37,664 nucleotides of DNA from a virus (IMGVR_UViG_3300027892_000075:1-37664); one strand, 5' to 3'; counted from the first letter of the stretch, positions 15,754-26,056 are shown. Made by a program: numbers and translations. Notes: generated by a model not told the origin, from the letters alone.

Positions 15754-18700
15754 GTGGCAAACTCAATTCCACCGGTACTCATTGAATTACAACTAGAGAC
15801 CGCAAAAATTGCGTCACAGATGAACCAGCTGACAGGCGATTTCCAAAACTTCGGAAAGACAGTCGAGAAGCAAACCGGATTTATGGCTAACTTTAAGGCG
15901 GCAGCTGCCGGCGTATTCGCTGGAGACCTGATGACCTCCGGCCTAAACATGCTAAAGACCGGAATACAAAGCGCAATACTCGACGCGCAAGAATACGAAA
16001 AAGTATCAGCGCAATTAGCAGCCGGTATTGCCTCAACAGGCAACGCGGCCGGATTGAGCGTAGAAGGATTACAAGCGCAAGCAAGCGCGCTAGAAAAATT
16101 ATCAGCGGTAGACGAAAACTTGATTATACAATCGCAAGCGGTATTCCAGACCTTTACAAACATACGCAACGTAGCCGGCGAAAATAACGACATTTTTAAT
16201 CAAGCAAGCCAATCAGCGCTAGACCTGTCAGTAAAAATGGGCGGAGATTTACAAGGGGCAACTGTTCAATTAGGTAAAGCGCTTAACGACCCTATAAAAG
16301 GTATAACAGCCCTGACTAGAGTAGGCGTAGTCTTTACCGACGCGCAGAAGGCGCAGATCAAAGCATTACAAGAATCTGGCGACATGATGGGCGCGCAGAA
16401 GATCATTCTGGCAGAAATGAACACCGAATTCGGAGGAGCAGCAAAGGCAGCTGGCGATACCTTCGCGGGAGCAGTATTCAGGGCAAAAGACAAAGTTGCC
16501 GATTTCGCTCGGGAGTTTATTACAAATTTACAGCCAATCCTGCTAAAAATCGGAAAGACTATTGGCGACTTATACACAAAGTACCTAGCGCCGTTACTAA
16601 GTTTCATTAACAGAAACAAAGAGGCACTAGGTTTATTTGTTGCGATTATTGGAACGGCGGTCGTGGCGTTTAAGGTTTACCACGCGGTCATGGCAATAGG
16701 TACAACTATTTCAAGCCTTTATTTGGTAGCAACAACTTTATTACGAGGCGCAAAGCTGATAGACGTCGTAGCGACAGATCAACAGACCAGAGCAATGGTA
16801 ATGCTCAATGCCGTAATGAACGCCAACCCGATTGCCCTAGTAGTGCTCTTGTTAGCAGCGCTGGCGGCCGGATTTGTTTACGCGTGGAACAACAGCGAAT
16901 CATTTAGAAAAATAATGATCTCGGTAGGCAAAGCCGGATTAACTGCCCTAGCATTTATTATTGAACAAGTCGGTAATTTAGCCGTGGGAGTATTAAAAGT
17001 AGTAACGGGTCCGATGAGATTACTACTTAAAGGTTTAGACATGCTTGGGGTCGCAGGCGCAGGAGAGGCTCTCAAAGACATTAACGGCGCGATAGACAGC
17101 GTGGGCAAGTTCTTTGACGGAGCAGCAAAGAAGGTTGAGTCGTACAAAAAAACATTAGACGGGCTGGCTGACAAGAAAATCAAGCTGCCAAGTTTTGGAG
17201 CACCGCCAAAAGTGCCAACCGGAGAAGAAGGCGGCGCAGCTGCCCCGGGAAGCGGCGGCGCATTAACAGCCGACCAGTTAAAGAAAATCAAAGCCGACGC
17301 AGACAAGACAAAGGCGACTCTGAAAAAACTTAACGAAGACGTGAAAAAGTCTTACGCAGACATGAACAAAGTAATAGCCGAATCAGCGGAAAAGCGCAGC
17401 GAGATACAAGCAAATTACGACGAAACTATCCTAGAGTTACACGCAAGACACGCTGAAAGAAAATTAGAAATAACCGCTGACTACGAAGAAGACATAGCCA
17501 GCGCATTAACCTCTTACGAAGAAGACAAAGTACAAATAGCAAAGCGGTACGCGCAAGACACAGAGCGCGCACTAAAAGCGCACAATGACGCAAAAGAGCG
17601 CATAGCCAAGACTTACGAAGACTCTACCGCACGCGCATTACAGACCTACAATAAGTCAAAAGAAAAGATCGCCAAGAATTACCAAGACACAGTCACAAAA
17701 GCGCTCAAAGATTTCAATGACAGAAACCAAAAGATCAGCGAAGACTACGCTAATAAGGCGGTCAAACTAGAAGAGAGCGCAACCCAAAAAAGAGCTTCTA
17801 TTATTGAGAAGGGTCGCGCACTCTTAACAAATGCGTTTGAAAGCGGAACCAAAACAGACCTAGCAAAGATGTTCCAAGACAGCGACAAGAGCGGTGCTGG
17901 ACTCGCAGCTGCGATGAAAAACAAGTTAGCCAAGATCGTCGAACTCCAGCAAAATGCTGGCAAGCTGGCAAGCCTCGGATACACACAGACATTTATTCAA
18001 CAGATCGTTGCGTCGGGAACAGACACCGGCAACGCGATGGCGCAAGCAATTTTACAGGCAACGCCGGATACTCAGGCGCAATTAAAAGACCTTTACGGCG
18101 CAATGGAGGATACAAGCAAGAATGGATTAAACGGCCTAGCAAGCCAGATGAGTACCTCAACAAGTTTCGCTACGGAAGAGCTTCTAAACGAATACCAGCA
18201 AGTAGGGGCAGACTTAAATACTGCGCTTGCCGACAATCAAACAAGCCTGACCGCAGCACTAGGCGACAGCCAGAGCAAATACAGCGAAGCGCTAACAAGC
18301 GCGGCAAGTTCACGCATGGAAGCATTGGCCGAAGCAAAAGCAAGTTACAGCGAGGCAATGGCAGACGCAGCAAAGGCGCAGCAAGAAGCCTTAGCAGAAG
18401 CGCAGAAAAATTACAACGAAGCAATGACAGAAGCGGCTAAAGCCCAAACGGAAGCCCTAGCAGAAGCAAAGAAAAATTACGACGAAGCGGTAGCAAAAGC
18501 AGCAAAGGCGCAAGCAGACGCGCTAACAAAGATCAAGAAGGATTTGGAAAAATCTTTACTTGATGCTGCCAAGATTTTTAATGACCAGATTGACAAACTA
18601 AACAAAGCGACCATAAAGAAGTTAAATGAATTACAAGCCGCATTAGTAAAAACTGCTTCTATGATTACAACTCTAGGAGGCGCAAAGGCAGGAGTAAAAG

Positions 18701-18930
18701 CATTAGCCGGATCGCCAATGGCTGGAATTCTTTCAGGTACAGGCGCACAAAGCGCCAATACAGAAGTCGCTACAATTACCAATTACTACCAGACCGACAT
18801 TACAGGGGTAAACTTAACAGACCCAAATCAAACTGCTACGGTGGTAAAAAACGCGGTGCTATTCGGGCAAACGCAGGGGTTGGCAACGGATGGCGATTTT
18901 ATTACCATAAACGGCAGAGTGGGAAGGTAA
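15754..18930 (+). CDS. Tape measure protein
   Basis: 1058 aa, Ala-rich helical, QLGKALNDPIKG motif, hydrophobic segment, periodic Tyr repeats. Confidence 0.92.
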   Translation: MANSIPPVLIELQLETAKIASQMNQLTGDFQNFGKTVEKQTGFMANFKAAAAGVFAGDLMTSGLNMLKTGIQSAILDAQEYEKVSAQLAAGIASTGNAAGLSVEGLQAQASALEKLSAVDENLIIQSQAVFQTFTNIRNVAGENNDIFNQASQSALDLSVKMGGDLQGATVQLGKALNDPIKGITALTRVGVVFTDAQKAQIKALQESGDMMGAQKIILAEMNTEFGGAAKAAGDTFAGAVFRAKDKVADFAREFITNLQPILLKIGKTIGDLYTKYLAPLLSFINRNKEALGLFVAIIGTAVVAFKVYHAVMAIGTTISSLYLVATTLLRGAKLIDVVATDQQTRAMVMLNAVMNANPIALVVLLLAALAAGFVYAWNNSESFRKIMISVGKAGLTALAFIIEQVGNLAVGVLKVVTGPMRLLLKGLDMLGVAGAGEALKDINGAIDSVGKFFDGAAKKVESYKKTLDGLADKKIKLPSFGAPPKVPTGEEGGAAAPGSGGALTADQLKKIKADADKTKATLKKLNEDVKKSYADMNKVIAESAEKRSEIQANYDETILELHARHAERKLEITADYEEDIASALTSYEEDKVQIAKRYAQDTERALKAHNDAKERIAKTYEDSTARALQTYNKSKEKIAKNYQDTVTKALKDFNDRNQKISEDYANKAVKLEESATQKRASIIEKGRALLTNAFESGTKTDLAKMFQDSDKSGAGLAAAMKNKLAKIVELQQNAGKLASLGYTQTFIQQIVASGTDTGNAMAQAILQATPDTQAQLKDLYGAMEDTSKNGLNGLASQMSTSTSFATEELLNEYQQVGADLNTALADNQTSLTAALGDSQSKYSEALTSAASSRMEALAEAKASYSEAMADAAKAQQEALAEAQKNYNEAMTEAAKAQTEALAEAKKNYDEAVAKAAKAQADALTKIKKDLEKSLLDAAKIFNDQIDKLNKATIKKLNELQAALVKTASMITTLGGAKAGVKALAGSPMAGILSGTGAQSANTEVATITNYYQTDITGVNLTDPNQTATVVKNAVLFGQTQGLATDGDFITINGRVGR

Positions 18931-18933
18931 CAA

Positions 18934-20052
18934 ATGCCAACAGTAGCCTCTCTAAATAATTACTCGTTTGCCTTTAACGGATACATCTTCGGCGGAGCTG
19001 ATTCCTGCCATCAAGTTTATGCGGTAGACGGGCTAGAAGCGCTACCTAACATACGAAATCAAGACGATAACCGAGGCTACTCAGACGGCATGTTTACCGG
19101 CAACGATTTCCTATCAGGCCGCGACATTACAATTACAATTTTAACCCTAGGCAATAGCAGCACCGCCACGATTTCAAGCGCAACGGCAACCGGAACCGGA
19201 GTAATTACTTACAACACTTCAACGGCGCACAAACTAATTACAGGCCAAAAGGTTACGATCACCGGAGTGCTCTCAACCGGCAATCCAACCGGAACAGCTG
19301 GAGCAGGATTTAACCAGATTTTACAAGAAGCGACAGTATTAACCACTACTCAATTCACAATACCGGTAACGCTAACGGACACCCGGACAAGCGGCGGAAC
19401 TATGAACATGAGTTCAAGCGCGCAGACTAATTACAATTTGTTACAAAGAAATGTCCTACCGCAGACAACCGGAACAACAGTATTACAGTTCCAGATGAGT
19501 ACGGCAGAAGGGCTACAAAGAGTAAATGCTCGTACCCGCGCAAACCGAACCATGGTAGACCCGGATTTTACATACGGATACATCAAGAGCCAATACACCT
19601 TCTTCTGCCCAGACCCACGCTATTACGACGACGCGCTACAAACGGGAACGCTGGCAATTTCTAACCCGCTAGGCCGTACCTACAACCGCGTGTACCCTCT
19701 GGTATACGGTGGCGGCTCACTAAGCACCTCGACAACAGTATTGAATAACGGCTGGGCAACGACTTACCCAACTATTACAATGAATGGTCCTATTACAAAC
19801 CCAACTTTCGGTAACATCACGCAGGGTTATTACATAACAATTTCAGGTACTTACACAAATACAGATACAGTAGTAATTAACTTAGACGAAAAGTTAGTAA
19901 CGATCAACGGAGTATCCGGCCGCAACCTAGTCGCAGGCGGCTCAAACTGGTTCTCAGCGCCGCCGGGAACTAACTCGTTTTACATGACCGGTACGGGTAC
20001 ACTAGGCGGTACAACAGCTGCTACCGTTACTTGGCGCTCGGCATACATTTAG
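18934..20052 (+). CDS. Distal tail protein (Dit-like) with inserted domain
   Basis: Follows tape measure; FFCPDPRYY, NNGWATTYP and WRSAYI motifs. Confidence 0.75.
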   Translation: MPTVASLNNYSFAFNGYIFGGADSCHQVYAVDGLEALPNIRNQDDNRGYSDGMFTGNDFLSGRDITITILTLGNSSTATISSATATGTGVITYNTSTAHKLITGQKVTITGVLSTGNPTGTAGAGFNQILQEATVLTTTQFTIPVTLTDTRTSGGTMNMSSSAQTNYNLLQRNVLPQTTGTTVLQFQMSTAEGLQRVNARTRANRTMVDPDFTYGYIKSQYTFFCPDPRYYDDALQTGTLAISNPLGRTYNRVYPLVYGGGSLSTSTTVLNNGWATTYPTITMNGPITNPTFGNITQGYYITISGTYTNTDTVVINLDEKLVTINGVSGRNLVAGGSNWFSAPPGTNSFYMTGTGTLGGTTAATVTWRSAYI

Positions 20053-20061
20053 GAGATAAAA

Positions 20062-21126
20062 ATGGCATTACGGACACCGCCAAGCTGGTTACAAAACGGC
20101 TCGCACCCGGCAGAAAATGATCGTCTCACTACGCAAGCAATTTACGCTACGACGGGAATAGTCGGCACATCTTCATTAGCGGTAACACAGAATTCACCCG
20201 CTGGAATGTCAGTATTGATTGCGGCTGGCTGGGGAGCAATCGTAGGTACAACGCAAGCCAACATGGGCGTGTACCAGTTTTACAACGACGCAACAGCAAC
20301 GGCAACCATTACTACGGCTAACCCGTCAAACCCAAGAATTGACCGCGTATGTATTACCGTATCCGACGCTTACTACACAGGAGCACTAAACACAGTAGCA
20401 ATTAACGTAGTCGCCGGAACCGCAGCTGCCTCGCCGGTCGCGCCTGCTATACCTGATAACTCAATTTCTTTAGCAACTATCGCGGTAGGCGCTGGCGTAA
20501 CTTCAATTCTAACAGCCAACATTACCGATACAAGAGCAAATGTAACAACCAATTTACCTACTGGCGATTTAACCGAAGTGGCCTCTGGAACTGGTATTAC
20601 CGTGACAAGCGGAACGGGTCCAATTCCGTCTGTGGCTATTAATACAGCCGTAACAGCTGACTTAACAACAGCGCAAACATTGACTAATAAAACTCTTACT
20701 GCCCCGGCGGTCAACGAAGCAGTCTTTACAGATGGAGTAGTCAAAGGCTTAGAAGAAGACGTCAATGTAGTCGCAGCCGCCGCAACCGGAACAATTAACT
20801 TCGAAGTTTCAACTGCCTCGGTTTGGTATTACACGACAAACGCGACAGCAAATCACACACTAAACTTCCGTTACAGTTCTGGCGCAACATTAAACAGCAA
20901 ACTTGCGGTAGGCGACGCGATCACTTTGGTATGGCTTAACACAAATGGCGCAACCGCTTACTATCCAAACGTCATTCAGATTGACGGAACAACAGTAACG
21001 CCAAAAGTTCCGGCAGCAATTACCGCAGGCAACGCGAGCGCGATTGACGCTTACACTTTCACCATCATCAAAACCGCAGCAACGCCTACCTACATCGTGC
21101 TTGAATCGCAAACGAAGTTCGCATAA
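20062..21126 (+). CDS. Minor tail / tail fibre protein
   Basis: ANPSNPRIDRV motif, QTLTNKTLT repeat, Thr/Ala rich. Confidence 0.7.
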   Translation: MALRTPPSWLQNGSHPAENDRLTTQAIYATTGIVGTSSLAVTQNSPAGMSVLIAAGWGAIVGTTQANMGVYQFYNDATATATITTANPSNPRIDRVCITVSDAYYTGALNTVAINVVAGTAAASPVAPAIPDNSISLATIAVGAGVTSILTANITDTRANVTTNLPTGDLTEVASGTGITVTSGTGPIPSVAINTAVTADLTTAQTLTNKTLTAPAVNEAVFTDGVVKGLEEDVNVVAAAATGTINFEVSTASVWYYTTNATANHTLNFRYSSGATLNSKLAVGDAITLVWLNTNGATAYYPNVIQIDGTTVTPKVPAAITAGNASAIDAYTFTIIKTAATPTYIVLESQTKFA

Positions 21127-21136
21127 AGGATAGATC

Positions 21137-22045
21137 GTGCCAATAATTTCTACATTAGCAAACGGGTCGGGGCGTGGTTACAGGGCAGGAGGAGCGCTGC
21201 CTCCTACAAGCATTGACTACCTAGTGATTGCGGGTGGCGGTGGAACCAATAGCCCAAACGCGAACTCTCGCGGTGGTGGTGGAGCTGGTGGTTATCTCAC
21301 ATCTTCTTTGGCCGTTACTGCTGGAACTTCTTACACAGTTACTGTTGGCGCTGGTTCTGACGGATCATCTAACGGATCAGACTCAGTTTTTGCAAGCATT
21401 ACCACATCAGGCGGCGGAATGGTACGAACAGTCAACCCGGGTTCGGTGCTAACAATCGGTAGTGGCGGTTCGGGCGCTGGCGATTTTAGTGTTCCTTCAA
21501 CGGGTAACACACCCGCAACATCTCCAAGTCAAGGAAATGCTGGTGGGCTTGGTGCCGCAAATCCGGGTAGCGGAGGAGCAGGAGGAGGCGGAGGAGCAGG
21601 TAGTGTTGGTGGAACTGGCGCGTCAGGCTCACCTGCAACGGGAGGCAACGGCGGTTCAGGAGCTACATCTTCAATTAACGGAACTTCAACTGCGCGCGCG
21701 GGTGGTGGAGGCGGTGGTGCCTACAACAACTCAACGCCTTCGGCCGTAACTCCGGGAACCGGTAGCGCTGGTGGTGGTCCAGCGGGTGGTTACTTGTCAG
21801 CGTTAAACCAAACATCGTCTAAGAATGCGACTGCGAATACGGGCGGTGGTGGTGGCGGAAATGGAACAGGCGCAAGTGGCGCTCCGTATGTTTCCAATGG
21901 TGGTTCGGGAATAGTTATTCTTGCCTACCCTGATTCTTTTGCTGCTTTAACTTCAATTAGCGGTGGACTAACTTATTCTCAACCAACAAGAGCTGGCTAC
22001 CGTGTTTACCAATTCACAAGCGGAACAGGTACGGTGACAATCTAA
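21137..22045 (+). CDS. Glycine-rich tail-associated protein
   Basis: IDYLVIAGGGG...GGGGAGG...ANTGGGGGG...GGSGIVIL..YP glycine-rich domain pattern. Confidence 0.75.
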   Translation: MPIISTLANGSGRGYRAGGALPPTSIDYLVIAGGGGTNSPNANSRGGGGAGGYLTSSLAVTAGTSYTVTVGAGSDGSSNGSDSVFASITTSGGGMVRTVNPGSVLTIGSGGSGAGDFSVPSTGNTPATSPSQGNAGGLGAANPGSGGAGGGGGAGSVGGTGASGSPATGGNGGSGATSSINGTSTARAGGGGGGAYNNSTPSAVTPGTGSAGGGPAGGYLSALNQTSSKNATANTGGGGGGNGTGASGAPYVSNGGSGIVILAYPDSFAALTSISGGLTYSQPTRAGYRVYQFTSGTGTVTI

Positions 22046-22416
22046 TGGCTCATTACGCTTTAATGAATCAAAATAATGTTGTTCTGCAAGTAATAACAGG
22101 AAGAAACGAAGACGAGGTCGTTGACGGGATTACGGATTGGGAAGCCCATTACGCAGAAGTAACTGGTTTAAAGTGTAAACGAACTTCCTACAACACTAAC
22201 TCTGGTCGCCATGCTTTAGGAGGCACTCCTTACAGAATAACTTTTGCTGCGATTGGTTTGGTTTATGATGAAAACCTAGATGGTTTTATTCATCAACAGC
22301 CATTTCCTTCTTGGATACTAGATACAACTACTGGCAGCTGGAGCGCACCAACACCATCTCCAGATAATGATTTACCTTATACTTGGAATGAAAAAAATTT
22401 ATCTTGGGAGTTATGA
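22045..22416 (+). CDS. Conserved small partner of glycine-rich tail proteins
   Basis: MAHYA..NVVLQVI, KRTSYN, QPFPSWILD..WSAPTP..Y.WNE motifs. Confidence 0.7.
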   Translation: MAHYALMNQNNVVLQVITGRNEDEVVDGITDWEAHYAEVTGLKCKRTSYNTNSGRHALGGTPYRITFAAIGLVYDENLDGFIHQQPFPSWILDTTTGSWSAPTPSPDNDLPYTWNEKNLSWEL

Positions 22417-23130
22417 GTAAGTTTTTTTAGACCAAACCTTCTTCATGTAATGGTTAACAAGAGTTCCGCCAAAATTCCTATCTTCTAATTTTTGATACTC
22501 GCCATCTTTTAAGTATGAGTATTCTGCTTTCCAATCAGATCGCTTAAAAGGAATAACCTGAACCATAGGAGTACCTTTCTCGAGTATGCCTTCAAAATCA
22601 TTTGTTAACCAAACAGGCGGCAAGATTTCAAGATTATTTTTATCAGTGTCAATGACTGCTGGTATTGCTTGAACACCAGTTTCTCGATAGCCAAAAGGTT
22701 GAGTGATTAAACATGAGTAACCTTTGGGTGTAATAATCCTCCACTTATTCATAAACTTAAATACCTGTTCATTGTAGCCAACAGGAGTCTGAACATCTCT
22801 TGCTTGATTTCCGTGTTCCATAAACACTTGTTCTGTTGTACGCCAAGTAATTAATTTATTCAGACCTTCGTTCTTAACTTGCACATCAGCCCACAAAGGG
22901 ATTATGTAACCCGAAGTAATGGCGTCTAGCATCGGTACGCATTTTTTAGGTCCAGCATTTGATACACGATCTTTAATAATTAACTTTTTACCTTTAGGGT
23001 TATCTTCACTTTTACTATAAGGAGTCATAGCCTTCCACCAATCAGGCACAGCCTGACTCGCCGGGTACGGGCGGCCTGCTACTTCCCAGCCGTATTCGTC
23101 TCTCGCCTCAAATTTAATTGTTCGACTCAT
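22411..23130 (-). CDS. Hypothetical protein (DUF6065-like), inverted within the tail module
   Basis: GGAGG RBS before ATG at 23130; KKCVPMLDAITSGYII, TPKGYSCLITQP, IDTD, KGTPMVQVIPFKR motifs. Confidence 0.7.
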   Translation of the reverse strand: MSRTIKFEARDEYGWEVAGRPYPASQAVPDWWKAMTPYSKSEDNPKGKKLIIKDRVSNAGPKKCVPMLDAITSGYIIPLWADVQVKNEGLNKLITWRTTEQVFMEHGNQARDVQTPVGYNEQVFKFMNKWRIITPKGYSCLITQPFGYRETGVQAIPAVIDTDKNNLEILPPVWLTNDFEGILEKGTPMVQVIPFKRSDWKAEYSYLKDGEYQKLEDRNFGGTLVNHYMKKVWSKKTYS

Positions 23131-23177
23131 TTCGCCTCCAAGATAAGTTGAGAAGAGATTACTGGTATTCTGCGGTA

Positions 23178-24281
23178 ATGGCAACTTACCGATACTTGTT
23201 TGCTGACCTCGCTACAAATGCGATCTTGGCAGAGCTGCCAATCACCGGGGTAAGTTTTACGCAACAACTAAATACCTCGGGAACCTTAACGGGTCGGCTA
23301 TTACTCTCAGGAGTAAACGCAGCTGGCTTAAACGTCGCTAACGGAACAATACCCGGCCGAACTGTCGTATACGTTGACCGAGACGGCACGCTAGTTTGGG
23401 GCGGAATAATCTGGGGGCGGGAATACAGTTCAACAAGCCAGACGCTAACATTCCAAGCAAGAGAATTCATGTCTTATTTCGAGCGACGCAGAATTATTAG
23501 CACTCAGGCATACACAAACATTGACCAATTAGATTTAGCGCAAGCCCTAATCAGCAACGCGCAAGGCGAGCCGTACGGAAACATCGGGTTACTTTACAAT
23601 CAAGACCCGGCCTCTACTACTACCTCGGGAAACCTAGTGACGCGAACCTATTACGGCTACGAATACAAGACAGTATTCTCGGCGGTTCAAGACCTATCAA
23701 AGCAATTAGACGGATTCGACTACGAGATTAATGTTTATTACGACGGAGGCAACAACCCGGCCAGATCGTTTAACACTTACTACCCACGCGTCGGAACAGA
23801 TTATTCCAGCACTAACGCGACAGCGCCGGTATTTCAATTACCGGGCAACATGGTGGAATACAATTACCCGGAAGACGCGTCAATCGCAGCAAACACAATT
23901 TACGCGTTAGGAGCTGGCAGCAACGAAGGCAAGCTGATTCAGACAGCAACCGACGCAACTAAGTTTACAGACGGCTGGGCGCTGCTAGAAGATCAAGCCA
24001 ATTACTCTGACATAACTGATACAACAGTATTAGCAGGATTAGCGCAAGGCCAGATCACAGCGGTTTCTTACCCGCCAACAACACTCAAAGTGGTAGCGCC
24101 GCCATCACAAAACCCAGTATTCGGAACTTACCGCGTAGGCGACGAAGTGCGAATTATTATTACAGACAACAGATTCCCTACGACGCTAGACGCAATTTAC
24201 CGCCTAGTCGCGCTAAGTGTTACACCGGGAGAAGACAGCCCGGAAAGAATTACATTAACGCTAACGACGGGAACGTACTAA
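23178..24281 (+). CDS. Minor tail protein (ReqiPepy6 gp37-like hub)
   Basis: YRYLFADL..LAELP, VYVDRDGTLVWGGIIWGR and GDEVRI motifs; start placed at ATG 23178. Confidence 0.75.
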   Translation: MATYRYLFADLATNAILAELPITGVSFTQQLNTSGTLTGRLLLSGVNAAGLNVANGTIPGRTVVYVDRDGTLVWGGIIWGREYSSTSQTLTFQAREFMSYFERRRIISTQAYTNIDQLDLAQALISNAQGEPYGNIGLLYNQDPASTTTSGNLVTRTYYGYEYKTVFSAVQDLSKQLDGFDYEINVYYDGGNNPARSFNTYYPRVGTDYSSTNATAPVFQLPGNMVEYNYPEDASIAANTIYALGAGSNEGKLIQTATDATKFTDGWALLEDQANYSDITDTTVLAGLAQGQITAVSYPPTTLKVVAPPSQNPVFGTYRVGDEVRIIITDNRFPTTLDAIYRLVALSVTPGEDSPERITLTLTTGTY

Positions 24282-24496
24282 TGGGATACATAAATCAGCC
24301 ATTTGACCTACGAACTTATTTTGATGACATAATTTCGCGGATTAGAAAACTAGAAACGGCCACGCGGTTCACCTTTCCTAATGTAACATCAGACCCTACA
24401 AACCCTCGCAAGGGCGACGCATGGCTAAATACAACAACCAATCAAGCCAAGATAGTAGACAGCGCCGGTACGGTGCGCGTCATTACTTGGACATAA
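24281..24496 (+). CDS. Small tail-associated hypothetical protein
   Basis: TAATG coupling; RIRKLET coil, DPTNPRKGDAWLN. Confidence 0.65.
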   Translation: MGYINQPFDLRTYFDDIISRIRKLETATRFTFPNVTSDPTNPRKGDAWLNTTTNQAKIVDSAGTVRVITWT

Positions 24497-24511
24497 CTCG
24501 AAAGAGCGCAA

Positions 24512-24763
24512 ATGAACCTAGACACCGCACTTACCGTAGCGCAACTTATTTCCATTCTAATTATTCTGCCGGCCTCGGGGTTCAGAGCATGGCGCAGGAT
24601 TGACCAGAGATTGACCTCGCAAGACATGAAATTAGAAAAAATCCACGCGCAATTTCACCGCAACGGCGGCTCTAGCCTTAGAGACCAGAATGACCGCATG
24701 GAAAGAGATTTGGCTAGACTTACAGGCAGATTCGATCAACACATAGAGGAGGGTGCGAAATGA
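24512..24763 (+). CDS. Membrane-anchored lysis-module protein
   Basis: N-terminal TM helix, NGGSSLRD motif, upstream of the endolysin. Confidence 0.65.
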   Translation: MNLDTALTVAQLISILIILPASGFRAWRRIDQRLTSQDMKLEKIHAQFHRNGGSSLRDQNDRMERDLARLTGRFDQHIEEGAK

Positions 24764-25227
24764 AGGTATTAGAAATAGCAGCTGGATTAGTTGGCTACGA
24801 AGAAGGCACAAATAACGACACGCCGTTTGGCAAGTGGTACGGGCTAAACTATCAACCTTGGTGCGCAATGAGCGCGTCTAAAATCTTCTACGACGCAGGA
24901 GCAATCTTGAGCGTAGCGCCAAAAACAAAGCCAAAAGGATTTGCCAGCTGCGACGAATGGCTAAAGTATTTGGCTAAGAATAACCAGCTGGTGCCGGTTG
25001 GCCAAGCAGCGCCGGGCGACCTAGTGTTCTACCAATTCGACACAGACGCGCAGCCAGATCACGTCGGTATTATTAAAAGCAATAACGCAAAATTAAAAAC
25101 TATTACGGCTTACGAGGGCAATACCAGCAACAGCAAGAAGGGCAGCCAGAGCAACGGCGGCGGATTCTACATAAAGAAGCGCGGCTACGCTACGATTATC
25201 GCGGTAGGCAGACCAAAAGGAGCATAA
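24760..25227 (+). CDS. Endolysin, CHAP-domain
   Basis: QPWCAM (catalytic Cys), PGDLVFY, DHVGI, EGNT. Confidence 0.88.
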   Translation: MKVLEIAAGLVGYEEGTNNDTPFGKWYGLNYQPWCAMSASKIFYDAGAILSVAPKTKPKGFASCDEWLKYLAKNNQLVPVGQAAPGDLVFYQFDTDAQPDHVGIIKSNNAKLKTITAYEGNTSNSKKGSQSNGGGFYIKKRGYATIIAVGRPKGA

Positions 25228-25479
25228 ATGAGTAAAGAATTAAAAGCAGCGATTGCCTCTTACGGCCGCGCAGCGCTAGTGGCAGTATGCGTAGCAATCT
25301 CAATGGGCAAAACAGACCCACGCGATTTACTTACAGCTGCGGCGATCGCGGTAGCAGCACCACTATTACGCGCACTCAATTCTAAAGACTTAGCGTTTGG
25401 AATTAAAGCAGTAGAAGCGGCAGCCGAAATTGACAAGCTGCTAAAGGCAGAAACAAAGAAGGCCAAGAAGTCCGCCTAG
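25228..25479 (+). CDS. Putative holin
   Basis: Two hydrophobic segments, basic C-terminus, follows the endolysin. Confidence 0.6.
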   Translation: MSKELKAAIASYGRAALVAVCVAISMGKTDPRDLLTAAAIAVAAPLLRALNSKDLAFGIKAVEAAAEIDKLLKAETKKAKKSA

Positions 25480-25491
25480 CGGATAAAACTT

Positions 25492-25542
25492 AATAGCAAA
25501 GAGCCTCTAGCCGGTGGGAAGCGGTTGGAGGTTCTTGCTATT
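25492..25542 (+). terminator. Hairpin ending the late operon
   Basis: AATAGCAA-GAGCCTCTAGCCG-gtgggaag-CGGTTGGAGGTTC-TTGCTATT. Confidence 0.65.
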
Positions 25543-25571
25543 TAAGGCTACGATTATCCACAGGAGGCAAC

Positions 25572-25814
25572 ATGACGCTGGCTAAAAAATTAAACGACAT
25601 AGACGCAAAGAAGACCAAAAGAAACCCATGCGCCTACATGGAAATGTATAACTCCTTAACACCGGAAGATCGTAAAGCGCTAGATGCGGCTTGGTCTAAA
25701 GGCTACTCAGCAAATGAAGTGCTAATGGCGTTGCGCAGCGAAGGCATTAAAAGCAGTAACGAGGCAATACGCCGCCATAGATTGGGAGCGTGCCCATGCC
25801 AAGAAAAGAAATAA
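25572..25814 (+). CDS. Small hypothetical, possible HTH/Zn-binding protein
   Basis: AGGAGG RBS; IRRHRLGACPC. Confidence 0.65.
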   Translation: MTLAKKLNDIDAKKTKRNPCAYMEMYNSLTPEDRKALDAAWSKGYSANEVLMALRSEGIKSSNEAIRRHRLGACPCQEKK

Positions 25815-26056
25815 AAGAAATCCTAGACGAAAGACAAAACATCTACGGAGACGCTCATAAAAACTTCGCCATGACGGGCAGGATTTGGGGCGCAATGCTA
25901 CAAACCGAAGACATACCGGCGTGGCAAGTAGCGCTAATGCTAGACGCATACAAGAGCGTAAGATGCTTCGCTAACCCGGCGCACGAAGACTCATGGCAAG
26001 ACAAATTAGGCTACACAATACATGGCCGAGAAATTGCGATGACAGATGAGCCTTAA
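25796..26056 (+). CDS. DUF6378-like protein
   Basis: ERQNIYGD...NF...VALML..K..R...HEDSWQDKLGY. Confidence 0.7.
   Translation: MPRKEIKEILDERQNIYGDAHKNFAMTGRIWGAMLQTEDIPAWQVALMLDAYKSVRCFANPAHEDSWQDKLGYTIHGREIAMTDEP

Noticed and set aside
17400-18560. Repetitive sequence in the tape measure gene as a separate repeat element
   Set aside because: Explained by the normal helical periodic repeats of tape measure proteins.
230-21111. Many minus-strand ORFs of 60-228 aa (e.g. 9246-9932, 3294-3749, 15735-16193)
   Set aside because: They lie antisense to well-supported genes, have no motifs or RBS, and look like shadow ORFs.
21137-22045. GGT/GGA-rich tracts as a microsatellite or diversity-generating retroelement target
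   Set aside because: They are glycine codons; no reverse transcriptase or template/variable repeat pair seen.
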